Below are positions 21,861 through 30,750 of a stretch of 64,000 nt of DNA, piece after piece. This DNA is from Candidatus Eiseniibacteriota bacterium (GTDB taxonomy: Bacteria; Eisenbacteria; RBG-16-71-46). The position numbers and the translations under genes are program-made. How positions within the stretch are numbered: the first letter of the stretch is position 1; the number at the start of each line of letters is the position of its first letter. Under the pieces are notes generated by a model that had not been told where the DNA came from, searched no databases, and worked only from the letters and a program-made list of their open reading frames with translations. Where the stretch lies: assembly GCA_041483195.1 (NCBI GenBank), contig JBGPFC010000018.1:8993-72992 (forward strand), in the 5' to 3' direction.

Positions 21861-23963
21861 CTACCGCACGACGACGATCTTGCTCTCCGCCCGCGACGCC
21901 CCGGCGCTCAGCCGGCACACGTAGATCCCCGCCGCGACGCGCCGGCCCCGCGCGTCCCTCCCGTCCCACTCGACCGCGTGAGTTCCCGCGGGGCGCTCGG
22001 CGTCCGCCAGCAATCGAACTCGCCGCCCCGACACATCGAACACCTCGAGGCGCACGCGCGCGAGCGCGGGCAACGTATACGCGATCGTCGCGCGCGTACG
22101 AAGCGGATTGGGCCCGATCGACGCGAACCCGAAGCGCGACGCGCGCCCGGCGTCGGCGACGTCCGCTGCATCGGCGACGTGAATCCGCGCGATCGCGTAG
22201 TCGCATCCGCCGCTCTCGGTCGTCACCAGGAATCGCACGTTCACCGATCGCCCCAGCATCGAGTCGGGCGGCGTCCACGACAGCGTGTGGCTCGGGGCGT
22301 CGAAGCTCATCCCGGGCTCGAGGAGGTACGCATGCCACGTGAGCGGATCGTCTTCGGGGTCCGAGCCCTCCACCGTGATCTCGAACGGCGCCCCGGCCGC
22401 GCGGACCAGACTCACGAACGGCAACGCGTGATCGATCGCCTGCCCCGCCACGCGCGTGATCCGCGGCGGCACGCTCATGTTGCGCCGCGCTGCGAAGAGC
22501 TGCGTGGTGCGCAGCGCGAGCCGCGTGCCGTCGGGCGAGAGCCGCGGCGTGAGGATGGGATCGTTGGCGGAATCCGCCTGGTCCGGGTAGTGGAGCACGG
22601 GGATCGCGCTCGGAAGCGTGAGCCCGGACGCCGAGGCGTCCAACACGTGCGTGTGCGAGCCGGTCGTGTCGCCGACGCCGAGCAGCAGCGCCTCGCCGTC
22701 GGGCGAGTACGCCGGCGTGCTCGCGATCAGTCCCCCGCCCGGCAGCAGCACCGGGATCGCTGCGCCGCCGGATGACGCCACCCGGTACACGCCGTGCTTT
22801 CCGTTGCGCACGACGTCGTACACGATCCACGCGCCGTCGGGCGACCACTGTGGATAGAAATCGTCTCCGGTCGGCTCGTTGGTGAGCTGCACCCCGCGCG
22901 TCGTGTCGCCGTCCGCCGGCGTCTTCCACAGGTGATAGTGCTCGCCCTCCGCGGAATGGCGCGTGAACGCGATCCACTCGCCGTCCGGAGAAAACGCGGG
23001 CGTGAGGTCGCCGCGCTCCGCGACGGTTGCGTCGTTGTGGCGCGTGACCAGCCGGAGCGTGGTGTCCCCGGCGAGCCCGGGAACCCCCTTCGCCCAGATG
23101 GTGTTGTCGGCGCGGCCGAACGCGATCTCGGTGCCGAGCGGCGACCACGTCGGGTCGTAGTCGTGCACGCCGCTGTCGGGAAACGTGAACTGCATCAGGT
23201 CGTCGCCGTCGCGCGGGTCCGAGTGGGCGATGTACACCGAGCAGTCCCCGTGGGGCGCGGTATGAATGGTGAAGGCGAGTCGCCGGCCGTCTGGCGACCA
23301 CGACACCGTGCTCGCGCCGATCACCCCCGAAAGCTCGGCGTCTTCCTCCGCGACGTCGCAGCTGTCGCACAGGTTGGTGCGGCGGACCAGCGTGCCGAAC
23401 AGCGCGTGGCGATGCGCGTGGCCGAGGTGGGGCGCGACCAGCGCCGAATCCCCGGCGCCGATCGATCCCGAATCGTCGAGATCGCACGGGGCCTCCGAGG
23501 CGGTGGCGCGGCCATCGGCGTCGGCGTCGGTGGTGCGCACGCTGGCGGTGGCGGCGCCCACGGGGGTGCCCGAGACGCTCACCGAGAACTCGATCGTCCC
23601 GCACCCGGAGAAGCTCGGGAGGGTGATGCGCGCCCGCCCATCCGCGTCGGTGCTGTCGTCCGCGAAAATCTTCGGGCCCTGGTCGTTCACGCGCAGGTTC
23701 GAGGTGGCGGCGCCGAGCTCCACCCAGATCGACTCGGGCGGCACGCCGGCCGCGGGGAGACTCGTGTCGCGCAGATACGCGACCACGATCCGGAGCCGCG
23801 AGGGATGCGCCGTCGAGACGCTGTCGCCGCCCGGGCAGCCGACGACCGAATCACGGAACGACCACGCGACGTTGCCGGCATCGAGCGTGCGCGCGCCGGC
23901 GGACGCTGGAGCGAGCGCCCCGCTGGCGCACGCAAGCAGCAGGAACGACGCGCACCGGCTCAT
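21861..23963 (-). CDS. Secreted TolB-like six-bladed beta-propeller protein with Asp-rich Ca-binding-like segment, Ig-like domain and C-terminal T9SS sorting domain
   Basis: ATG 23963 overlaps the stop of the upstream paralog (ATGA). Signal peptide MSRCASFLLLACASGALAPASA. Six SPDG/PD40 blades. TDADADGRA motif. The last 85 aa (NPLRTRATIAYTLP...GIYVCRLSAGASRAESKIVVVR) resemble a T9SS type-A CTD. This is the real core of the 1745-aa track ORF. Confidence 0.85.
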   Translation of the reverse strand: MSRCASFLLLACASGALAPASAGARTLDAGNVAWSFRDSVVGCPGGDSVSTAHPSRLRIVVAYLRDTSLPAAGVPPESIWVELGAATSNLRVNDQGPKIFADDSTDADGRARITLPSFSGCGTIEFSVSVSGTPVGAATASVRTTDADADGRATASEAPCDLDDSGSIGAGDSALVAPHLGHAHRHALFGTLVRRTNLCDSCDVAEEDAELSGVIGASTVSWSPDGRRLAFTIHTAPHGDCSVYIAHSDPRDGDDLMQFTFPDSGVHDYDPTWSPLGTEIAFGRADNTIWAKGVPGLAGDTTLRLVTRHNDATVAERGDLTPAFSPDGEWIAFTRHSAEGEHYHLWKTPADGDTTRGVQLTNEPTGDDFYPQWSPDGAWIVYDVVRNGKHGVYRVASSGGAAIPVLLPGGGLIASTPAYSPDGEALLLGVGDTTGSHTHVLDASASGLTLPSAIPVLHYPDQADSANDPILTPRLSPDGTRLALRTTQLFAARRNMSVPPRITRVAGQAIDHALPFVSLVRAAGAPFEITVEGSDPEDDPLTWHAYLLEPGMSFDAPSHTLSWTPPDSMLGRSVNVRFLVTTESGGCDYAIARIHVADAADVADAGRASRFGFASIGPNPLRTRATIAYTLPALARVRLEVFDVSGRRVRLLADAERPAGTHAVEWDGRDARGRRVAAGIYVCRLSAGASRAESKIVVVR

Positions 23964-25732
23964 GGCCCGCTCGGCGGCCCGCCCGGTGGAGGCCTCGGCA
24001 AGCTCTGCAGCCGGTCGAGTATGACGCGCGCGACGCGATTGGTGGGCTCGAGCGCCACCAGCGTCTCGAGCGCCGCCATCGCCCGCGGAAAATCGCCGCG
24101 GCTCGCCCAGCTCGCGGCAAGCAGCATCCGCGCCTCGGGGTTGGCGTGCCACAGCGTCATCGCGCGGCTCGCCTCGCGCTCCCCGGCCACCGGGTCGCCC
24201 AGCCGGTAGAGGCACACCGCGCGAATGCCGGCGATCTTCCCGAGGAAGGCGCGCGCGTCGCGATCGGTCTGGAGCGAGTCCGCGCGCTCGATCGCGGCGC
24301 GCGCCGCGAGCACGTCGTGGTCGCGGTTGATGGCGTCCTGCGCGCGCAGCAGCTCCCGCATCGCGTCGATGTCGATGAGGGCGATCTGTGGGCTCGAGAA
24401 CTCCTCGTACTGCACGATGGTCGTGAGTGGAAGCTCCCGCGCGCGCGCGAAATCCTCGTAGCGCACCCAGCGCATCGTGGTGTCCCGGTACCACACGTGG
24501 AGCGCGCGCGAGCCTTCGAACGCGTACTCGGCCGCCATCGGCATGTTCTGCTGGCCGATCATCGCCCCGCGCGGCAGGTTCGGGTACTCGCGGAGCAGCG
24601 TCTGGCGCGTCTCGCGCATCAGGCGCTGGAGGCGCGTCACCTTGGGGAAATCGGCGAACGCTCCGCGCTCGGGCGGGGTCGAGGTGATGCCGGGGGGCGC
24701 CGGCGGGCTCGCCACGAGCGCCGCGAGCCGCACGCCGAGCAGCAGCGGCGCGAGCGCGGGCAGCGCGGCGTCGAGCGCCGCCGCGAGCGCCACGCCCAGG
24801 CCCACGCTCCCGAACAGCGTGCGCGCCGGCGCCCAGATCGGAAAGATCGGAACCAGCACGCCGCACGAGAGGGCGAACCACGCGAGCCCCCACCACGTCC
24901 ATCCCGCGCGGTGCGCGAAGCAGGCGCGAGCGCGCGGCGATCGCGCGAGCCTCGCGCCCGCGACCAGGACGATCGCCGCCGCGCCGCCCAGGATCCACAG
25001 GTCCCAACGCCCCGCCATGAGCTCGAGGCTGAACACGGCGAGCACGCTGTTCCATGTCGCCCACTTCAGCCGCGCGACCAGCGATGTGTGGAGCATCGCG
25101 GGATCGGTCTCGAGATGGTGCGGCAGCGCGAGCCCCGCGTGGCGGCGGACGAGGAGGTACGCGATGCCCCACACGGCGACCACGATCGCGCTCCCCAGGA
25201 TCCAGCGCGCGCGGGGCCGACGCGCCTCGCCCGTCGCCTGCGGCACCCACGGCAGCATGAGCGCGGTGACCATCGCCACCTCCTTGAACAGCAACGCCGC
25301 GAGCAGCGAGCCGAGCGCGGTGCCCATGCGGCGGCGCGAGGCCTCGTGCAGCGCGAGCGCCGAGAACAGGAACGGCCCGATCTCGACCATCTCCGCCGGC
25401 CACGTGATGAGCGTGCGCGCGGACTCCGCGATCAGGGGGAAGCTGGCCGCGATCGCCGCGAGGTGTCCCGGCCAGCTGGGCCGCAGCATGCGGTAGATCA
25501 GCAGCGATCCGGCGCCGAGCAGCGCGGTGTGGAGCGCCGCGATCGCACCCGGGTGCGCGAGCACGAGGCGTCCCACCAGGCTGAAGTAGCCCTGGTGCGC
25601 GAACGGGCGCCAGAACGCGAGCGAGCCGCCGCCGTCGAACACTCCGTGCCTGCCCTCGAGCAGCGCGTGATGGAGGAAATCGAAATCGTCGGCCACCGCT
25701 TCGCCGAGCGGCGCGCCGAGGCTGCGCAACAC
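23960..25732 (-). CDS. Paralog 3 of the GT-C-like polytopic membrane protein family (may extend to a CTG at 25945)
   Basis: The canonical-start ORF begins at GTG 25732. The conserved N-terminus (PPTWRDPWAWLTLAALVPLVL) lies upstream in the same frame, which is open back to the PLD gene stop at 25976-25978. The only candidate initiator is CTG 25943-25945, preceded by GAGGTG plus 5 nt. Confidence 0.75.
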   Translation of the reverse strand: MLRSLGAPLGEAVADDFDFLHHALLEGRHGVFDGGGSLAFWRPFAHQGYFSLVGRLVLAHPGAIAALHTALLGAGSLLIYRMLRPSWPGHLAAIAASFPLIAESARTLITWPAEMVEIGPFLFSALALHEASRRRMGTALGSLLAALLFKEVAMVTALMLPWVPQATGEARRPRARWILGSAIVVAVWGIAYLLVRRHAGLALPHHLETDPAMLHTSLVARLKWATWNSVLAVFSLELMAGRWDLWILGGAAAIVLVAGARLARSPRARACFAHRAGWTWWGLAWFALSCGVLVPIFPIWAPARTLFGSVGLGVALAAALDAALPALAPLLLGVRLAALVASPPAPPGITSTPPERGAFADFPKVTRLQRLMRETRQTLLREYPNLPRGAMIGQQNMPMAAEYAFEGSRALHVWYRDTTMRWVRYEDFARARELPLTTIVQYEEFSSPQIALIDIDAMRELLRAQDAINRDHDVLAARAAIERADSLQTDRDARAFLGKIAGIRAVCLYRLGDPVAGEREASRAMTLWHANPEARMLLAASWASRGDFPRAMAALETLVALEPTNRVARVILDRLQSLPRPPPGGPPSGP

Positions 25733-25975
25733 CAGCGGGACGAGCGCCGCCAGCGTGAGCCACGCCCACGGATCGCGCCAGGTCGGCGGCGGCGGGGATG
25801 GCGGCGCGGGCGGCGCGAACGGTGCGCGCGAGGGCGCGCGGGACGGCGCGGAGGCGCCCCGCCCCGACTTGTCGCGCGAACCGGACGGTCCCCGCGCGGG
25901 CTGGCCGCGCGGCGTGCGTGGGGCGGCGTTGCGTCGCTGCTTCAGCGGAGCACCTCGCGGGTTGCGGTCGCGGCG

Positions 25976-27304
25976 CTAGTTCCCGTACAGCGTGTGGCCC
26001 GGCGGCGGCGTCATTCCGTGAAGGCGTGGCTCGTAGTGTTCGCCCGCCCTGACCACGCGCGTGATCGGCGAGGACCAGCTGTTCTCGAACGAGCGGCGGG
26101 CCTCGAGCGCGATCGCCCGATTCTCCATGGTGAGCGCGACGTTGCGCACCGAGTGGAAGTAGCTCGGCTCCCAGTTGTCGGTGCCGACCCACGTCCAGAG
26201 CGAGTCCACCACCATGTACTTGCAGTGCTCGACTCGCGCGAACGGAATGTAGCCCTGGGTCCACTCGGGGATGCTCGACATGCGGGTCTCGACGTTGGGC
26301 AACGTGGAGAGCGCCTGCACGTCGCCGATCCGGGCGTTGTCGGCCTCCCAGTCGGAGACCAGCAGCTTCACGCTCACCCCGCGCCCCGCCGCGCGGCGCA
26401 GCGCGAGGTCGATCGTGTCGTCGCGGCGTTCGCGCTGCCCGATCGCGTACGAGTAGATCTGGATTGCGATCTCGCGGCGCGCCGAGTCGAGCAGGCGAAC
26501 GATCGCGTCGCGATCCCAGCGCGTGGTGTCGGGAATGAACGGCCGCGGCGTGACGCTCGGCCAGAGCCGCACCGTGTCGCCCTTCGACTGGATCAGCGTG
26601 AGCGGCCAGGCGGCGCCGGCCTGTCGCGGCCACGACGCGAGCAGCCCCGCGCCGGTCGAGTCGCGGCCCGCGATCTGCTCTCCCGCCACCTGCCAGTCCA
26701 GCTCGAAGACGTCTGCGTAGAACGCGGCCAGCCGCGGGTCGCGCACGCGCACCCCCAGCTCGTGAATGTGCTTGAACGAGCGCCAGTCGAAGTTCTGGCT
26801 GCCGAGGTAGACCTGCTCGCCGTCGGCCATGAAGAACTTCGCGTGCTGGATGCCGCCCGCGATCTTTCTCACGTCGATCGTGCGCACGCTGACCCCGGGT
26901 ACCGTGCCCAGCGAATCCCCCGGTTGCGGGTAGGTCTTGTGCATGCTCGCATCGAGCAGCAGCCGCACCTTGACGCCGCGCTTCGCCGCAGCGCCGATCG
27001 CGGCCAGCAGATCGTCGGTGGGCTCCCCGGGCCAGGCGGAGCAGTACATTTCCTCGAAGTCGAGCGTGTGCTGCGCGCCGCGAATCATCTCGAGCCACAC
27101 CTCGTGCGCGACCGGAATCGCGGGGTTGCCGAGCGTGGTCTCGACCGGCCGCGTCTCGGCCAGCGTGACCGGCCGCGCGGCGGGCGCGGGCGCGGCCGGC
27201 GGCGCGGCGGCGGCCGCGCGAGCGGCCGGAACCAGCGTGAGCGCCATCGCGAGTGCGGCGCAGAGCGCGGCGCGCGGGCGGGACGGGTGCGGGAGCGTGT
27301 TCAT
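25976..27304 (-). CDS. Secreted phospholipase D / cardiolipin-synthase-like protein with two HKD motifs
   Basis: 442 aa with signal peptide. HAKFFMADGEQVYLGSQNFDWRS and HCKYMVVDSLWTWVGTDNWEPS match H-x-K-x4-D...GSxN twice. Confidence 0.85.
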   Translation of the reverse strand: MNTLPHPSRPRAALCAALAMALTLVPAARAAAAAPPAAPAPAARPVTLAETRPVETTLGNPAIPVAHEVWLEMIRGAQHTLDFEEMYCSAWPGEPTDDLLAAIGAAAKRGVKVRLLLDASMHKTYPQPGDSLGTVPGVSVRTIDVRKIAGGIQHAKFFMADGEQVYLGSQNFDWRSFKHIHELGVRVRDPRLAAFYADVFELDWQVAGEQIAGRDSTGAGLLASWPRQAGAAWPLTLIQSKGDTVRLWPSVTPRPFIPDTTRWDRDAIVRLLDSARREIAIQIYSYAIGQRERRDDTIDLALRRAAGRGVSVKLLVSDWEADNARIGDVQALSTLPNVETRMSSIPEWTQGYIPFARVEHCKYMVVDSLWTWVGTDNWEPSYFHSVRNVALTMENRAIALEARRSFENSWSSPITRVVRAGEHYEPRLHGMTPPPGHTLYGN

Positions 27305-27314
27305 GGACCGGCTC

Positions 27315-28304
27315 CTATCGTGGGTGGGCGCGAAGCGCGGGCTTCTCGCCCAGAAACATCACTTCCTCTTCGAGCGTGACGCCGAACTTCACGCGCACCC
27401 GCTCCTTCATGATCGCCGCCAGCTCGAGCACCTCGCGCGCGGTCGCGTGGCCGGCGTTCACGATGATGTTGGCGTGCTTCGCGAACACCATCGCGTCGCC
27501 GACGCGCAGCCCCCGGCAATCGCATTCGTCGAGCAGCTGGCCGGCCGCGACCCGCCGGGTACCGGGCGAGAGCCTGGCGCCCGGCATCTGCCAGTCGGGC
27601 GGCAGATTCTTGAAGTACGAGCCGGCGGTCGGCTCGATCCGCCACTGCGGATGCTTGACGCGCCGCACCTCGAGCTTCTCGTCGATCACCTTCTGGATCG
27701 CGGCGTGCTCGCCCCTGCGGAGCTGGAGCAGGCATGAGAGTAGCACGCGCGGTTCGCGCTTGAGGCGCGAGTCCCGGTAGGTGAACTCGTACCACGCGGC
27801 GGGTCGGGTCTCGACCGTCGCGCCGTCGAGCGTCGCGTGCGTGCACTCGATGGTGTACGAGCCGATGTCCTCGCCGTAGCAGCCGGCGTTGCCGTAGAGC
27901 GCGCCGCCCACCGAGCCCGGGATGCCGGCCGCGAACTCGAGCCCCGACAGGTCCCGGTCGCGACACTGGTAGATGAGCTCGAGAAAGTCGACGCCGCCCT
28001 CGACGTGCGCCGCGGTGCGGTCGAACTGGATCGTCTCGCAGGCGTTGCGCACCACGAGGCCGCGAAAGCCGGCGTCCGAGACCAGCAGATTGCTGCCGCC
28101 CCCCAGCAGGAACACGGGCAGCGCGATCTCGTGCGCGACGCGCAGCGCGGCGACCAGCTGGTCCGGCGTCGGAGCCGCGTAGAAGAAATCAGCCGGCCCG
28201 CCGATGCGAAAGGTGGTGTGATGGCGCAGCGGCTCCTGGGTGAGGAGCCCCTCGCCCAGCGACTGGCGCAGGCGATCTTCGATCGAGCGGACGGGTGCGG
28301 GCAT
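27315..28304 (-). CDS. murB: UDP-N-acetylenolpyruvoylglucosamine reductase MurB
   Basis: ATG 28304 (MPAPVRSIEDRLRQSLGEGLLTQEPLRHHTTFRIGGPADF). FAD-binding and MurB C-terminal patterns (GGGSNLL, SYFKNLPP). The track ORF starts 58 codons earlier; that start is unlikely. Confidence 0.85.
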   Translation of the reverse strand: MPAPVRSIEDRLRQSLGEGLLTQEPLRHHTTFRIGGPADFFYAAPTPDQLVAALRVAHEIALPVFLLGGGSNLLVSDAGFRGLVVRNACETIQFDRTAAHVEGGVDFLELIYQCRDRDLSGLEFAAGIPGSVGGALYGNAGCYGEDIGSYTIECTHATLDGATVETRPAAWYEFTYRDSRLKREPRVLLSCLLQLRRGEHAAIQKVIDEKLEVRRVKHPQWRIEPTAGSYFKNLPPDWQMPGARLSPGTRRVAAGQLLDECDCRGLRVGDAMVFAKHANIIVNAGHATAREVLELAAIMKERVRVKFGVTLEEEVMFLGEKPALRAHPR

Positions 28305-28381
28305 GGGAATGGAGCACGTTCGCCGATCCGCGGGGCGACGGTCAAGCCGGGGAAAACGCTCGGCCGCGGGACGAGGGCGGG

Positions 28382-28396
28382 TGGCACCCTCGTCGC
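28382..28396 (+). promoter_or_regulatory. Possible sigma54-type promoter TGGCAC-N5-TCGC upstream of the selenoprotein gene
   Basis: Perfect -24 hexamer TGGCAC with GC at the correct -12 spacing, about 65 nt upstream of ATG 28459. A TATAGT hexamer at 28406-28411 gives an alternative sigma70 -10 candidate. Confidence 0.2.
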
Positions 28397-28458
28397 GGCG
28401 CGCGCTATAGTCTGCGTGGTTCATGGTCCCTCCCGCCGTCCCAGTGGAGACCCTCGTG

Positions 28459-28680
28459 ATGAGCAAGCTGGAGATCACGTACTGCGTGCAGTGAAACTAT
28501 CTTCCGCGGGCCACCAGTTTGGCGGCCGAGTTGAAGCAAGAGCGCGGCATCGACGCGAAGCTCATCAAGGGATCGGGTGGCCAGTTCGAGATCGTCCTCG
28601 ACGGCCAGCTGATCTTCTCGAAGAAGGCGCTCGGGCGCTTCCCGGAGCCGAACGAGATCCTCGACAAGATTCCCGCGTGA
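28459..28680 (+). CDS. SelW/Rdx-family selenoprotein (thioredoxin-like, CxxU) with an in-frame UGA-Sec codon at 28492-28494
   Basis: GGAGA 8 nt upstream of ATG. MSKLEITYCVQ-U-NYLPRATSLAAELKQERGIDAKLIKGSGGQFEIVLDGQLIFSKKALGRFPEPNEILDKIPA. The C-x-x-U motif and downstream GGxFEV/DGxLIFSK/GRFP segments match the SelW/Rdx family. The frame stays open for 61 codons past the UGA. The six-frame track misses it because of the TGA. Confidence 0.75.
28506..28530 (+). other. SECIS-like hairpin immediately downstream of the UGA-Sec codon
   Basis: Stem GGCCACC (28509-28515) pairs with GGCGGCC (28521-28527) with one A-C mismatch. The apical loop AGUUU contains the conserved G-U. The loop sits about 24 nt 3' of the UGA, as in bacterial SECIS elements. 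Confidence 0.5.
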
Positions 28681-28751
28681 CACGTCGCGGCTGAGCCCGC
28701 TCCCCCGCCGATCGCCCGCCGCCCGTGCCGGGTTTTCACGGAGGGCGGAGC

Positions 28752-29390
28752 ATGATCTTCGAGAGCCGGGATCAGGCGGCGCATCTCATCGCCGCCCGGC
28801 TGCGCGCTCATGCCACGCAGCATCCGCTGGTGCTCGGAATCCCGCGCGGCGCGGTGCCGATGGCGCGCATCATCGCGTGCGAGCTGGGCGGCGAATTCGA
28901 CGTCGTGCTGGTTCACAAGCTGCGCGCGCCCCATCGGCCCGAGCTGGCGATCGGCGCCGTGGATGAAAGCGGGAACGCCGAGCTCGAGCCGCACGCACGC
29001 GCGCTGGGCGCTGACGATCGCTACCTCGAGACCGAGCGCGCGCTCCAGCTCGACACCCTGCGGGCGCGGCGCGCGGCCTACACGCCGGGGCGGGCCGCGA
29101 TCGATCCGCGCGGACGAACCGTGATCGTGGTGGACGACGGCGTCGCGACCGGGGCCACCATGGCCGCCGCGTTGCGCGCGGTGCGCGCGCTCGGGCCCGC
29201 GAGGCTGATCGCGGCGGCCGCCGTGGCGTCCCCGGAGGCGGTCGAGCGGCTCGCGCGAGTCGCCGACGAGGTCTGCTGCCTCGAGACGCCGGAGGATTTC
29301 GAAGCCGTGAGCACGTGGTTCGAGGACTTCCCGCAGATCTCGGACGCCGAGGTGGTCGAGCTGCTGGGCGGAGGCCGGCCGGGCGCGTGA
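28752..29390 (+). CDS. Phosphoribosyltransferase-domain protein
   Basis: GGAGGG upstream of ATG 28752. PRPP-binding motif VIVVDDGVATGATM. 212 aa. Confidence 0.8.
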   Translation: MIFESRDQAAHLIAARLRAHATQHPLVLGIPRGAVPMARIIACELGGEFDVVLVHKLRAPHRPELAIGAVDESGNAELEPHARALGADDRYLETERALQLDTLRARRAAYTPGRAAIDPRGRTVIVVDDGVATGATMAAALRAVRALGPARLIAAAAVASPEAVERLARVADEVCCLETPEDFEAVSTWFEDFPQISDAEVVELLGGGRPGA

Positions 29391-29398
29391 GCGCGGTG

Positions 29399-30286
29399 CT
29401 ACGCGGCGCCGCCCGCGCGCGCGCGGCCCGCCGCGATCTCGAGTCCCCGGTAGAACCTCGCGCACTCCGCCTCGCGGCCGCGCACGATGCGCTTCCCGCG
29501 CAGCGGGCCGAGCCGCGCCGTGATCACCGTGCACTGGCGCTCCCCGCCCGCGCCGTCGGAGTAGAGCACCACCCAGTCGCGGGTCGCGTTCATCTCGTGG
29601 GCGCGCGCGGTGTTCGAGAACAGCGCGGTGTAGTGCCGCTCGCGACGCGTGGTGTGGAGCACCGGCAGCCATGCCTCGTGGGCGGGGTTGAAGCGCCGCG
29701 GGGCGATGCGCCGGAGCGTGCCCTCCGCCCCGCGCTCGCGGTACTCGCGGTCCACGTCGAGCAGCTCGGCCACGCCCGGCTCGCCTACGGGCCCGGCCGG
29801 CACCGGCCCTCGCACCCGTGCGAGGCGGGTCGCGAGCGAGTCGATGATCCCGGCGAGCCGCTTGGGGCCGAGCCCGAGACGCTTCGCGAGGCGGCCGTCG
29901 TTCGCAGCGGCCTCCAGCTCTTCGAGGGTGTCGATGTGCAGCTCGCGGTGCAGGCGCTCCGCGCTCTTGCGCCCGATGCCGGGCACGGTGGCGAGCAGCA
30001 GCTCGGGCTCGCTCTCGCCCCGCAGGCGATCCAGCATGGGCAGGCGCCCGGTCTCGATCACGGTGCGGATGAAGCGGGCGATGCTCTCGCCGACTCCGGG
30101 CAGCTCGCGCAGGCCCTGCTCGCCCTGCGCTTCGAGGATCGCACTCGCCGGGCGGTCGAGCGCGCGCAGGGTCGCGGCAGCGTGACGGTAGGCCTGGACG
30201 CGATAGGGGTTGGCGCCCTGTTCGTGGAGCAGGGCGGCGGCCTCCTCGAGGCGGCGGGCGATTCGTACGTTCACGATCTCGGACAT
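29399..30286 (-). CDS. Helix-hairpin-helix DNA-binding protein (resembles the N-terminal domain of PolX-family polymerases)
   Basis: 295 aa. The N-terminus (MSEIVNVRIARRLEEAAALLHEQGANPYRVQAYRHAAATLRAL...LPGVGESIA) resembles the PolX lyase/HhH region. No polymerase palm is evident. Confidence 0.6.
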   Translation of the reverse strand: MSEIVNVRIARRLEEAAALLHEQGANPYRVQAYRHAAATLRALDRPASAILEAQGEQGLRELPGVGESIARFIRTVIETGRLPMLDRLRGESEPELLLATVPGIGRKSAERLHRELHIDTLEELEAAANDGRLAKRLGLGPKRLAGIIDSLATRLARVRGPVPAGPVGEPGVAELLDVDREYRERGAEGTLRRIAPRRFNPAHEAWLPVLHTTRRERHYTALFSNTARAHEMNATRDWVVLYSDGAGGERQCTVITARLGPLRGKRIVRGREAECARFYRGLEIAAGRARAGGAA

Positions 30287-30343
30287 GACGGGTATTGAGA
30301 TGAGGGTGGCCCGCCCCGAGTTTCGCGCGCGTTCGTCGCGCCG

Positions 30344-30709
30344 CTACCCTCCCCCGGCGCCCTTCTCGAGCGAAACTCGAAATCGCCGCGCCTCGAGCTT
30401 CTCGAACACGATCGTGTCGCCTACCTCGAGCCCGCGCTCGCGGCACCACCTCATCATGCCCGGCAGCTTCGGCGAGCGCGCGCGGAAGATCCACGAGCCG
30501 TACTGGATGTCGGTCTCGAACGCGAAGCCGAGGTCGGTCTCGATGGCGAGGGGCTTCACCTCGTAGGGTCGCGGGGCATCCCCCGGTCCGCGCGGCCCGA
30601 TCGCGTCGGTGGGGAAGAACTCGAGGATGTCCCACAGCGGCACGTTGCGCTCTGTGAACGTCCAGAGATCTTCCTTCGTGCGGATCGGGATGCGGCGGGT
30701 GTCGGGCAT
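30344..30709 (-). CDS. Hypothetical small protein (121 aa)
   Basis: ATG 30709 (MPDTRRIPIRTKEDLW...). No family is recognised with confidence. It sits in the minus-strand operon between the flavin reductase and the HhH protein. Confidence 0.5.
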   Translation of the reverse strand: MPDTRRIPIRTKEDLWTFTERNVPLWDILEFFPTDAIGPRGPGDAPRPYEVKPLAIETDLGFAFETDIQYGSWIFRARSPKLPGMMRWCRERGLEVGDTIVFEKLEARRFRVSLEKGAGGG

Positions 30710-30750
30710 CGACGGCGTTCGTGGGTTGCGGACGGCGGCGGATCGCGCCG

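Noticed and set aside
21861-27098. 1745-aa minus-strand ORF in the six-frame track
   Set aside because: It is a chimera of an Arg/Gly-rich shadow frame (antisense to other genes) joined in-frame to the real TolB-like T9SS gene. A signal peptide begins at the internal Met (23963), and the upstream part has no protein-like composition.
25976-27304. PLD-family protein as a possible defence nuclease
   Set aside because: It has an N-terminal signal peptide and two canonical HKD motifs of phospholipase D / cardiolipin synthase type. The context (murB, membrane glycosyltransferase-like genes) points to envelope lipid metabolism.
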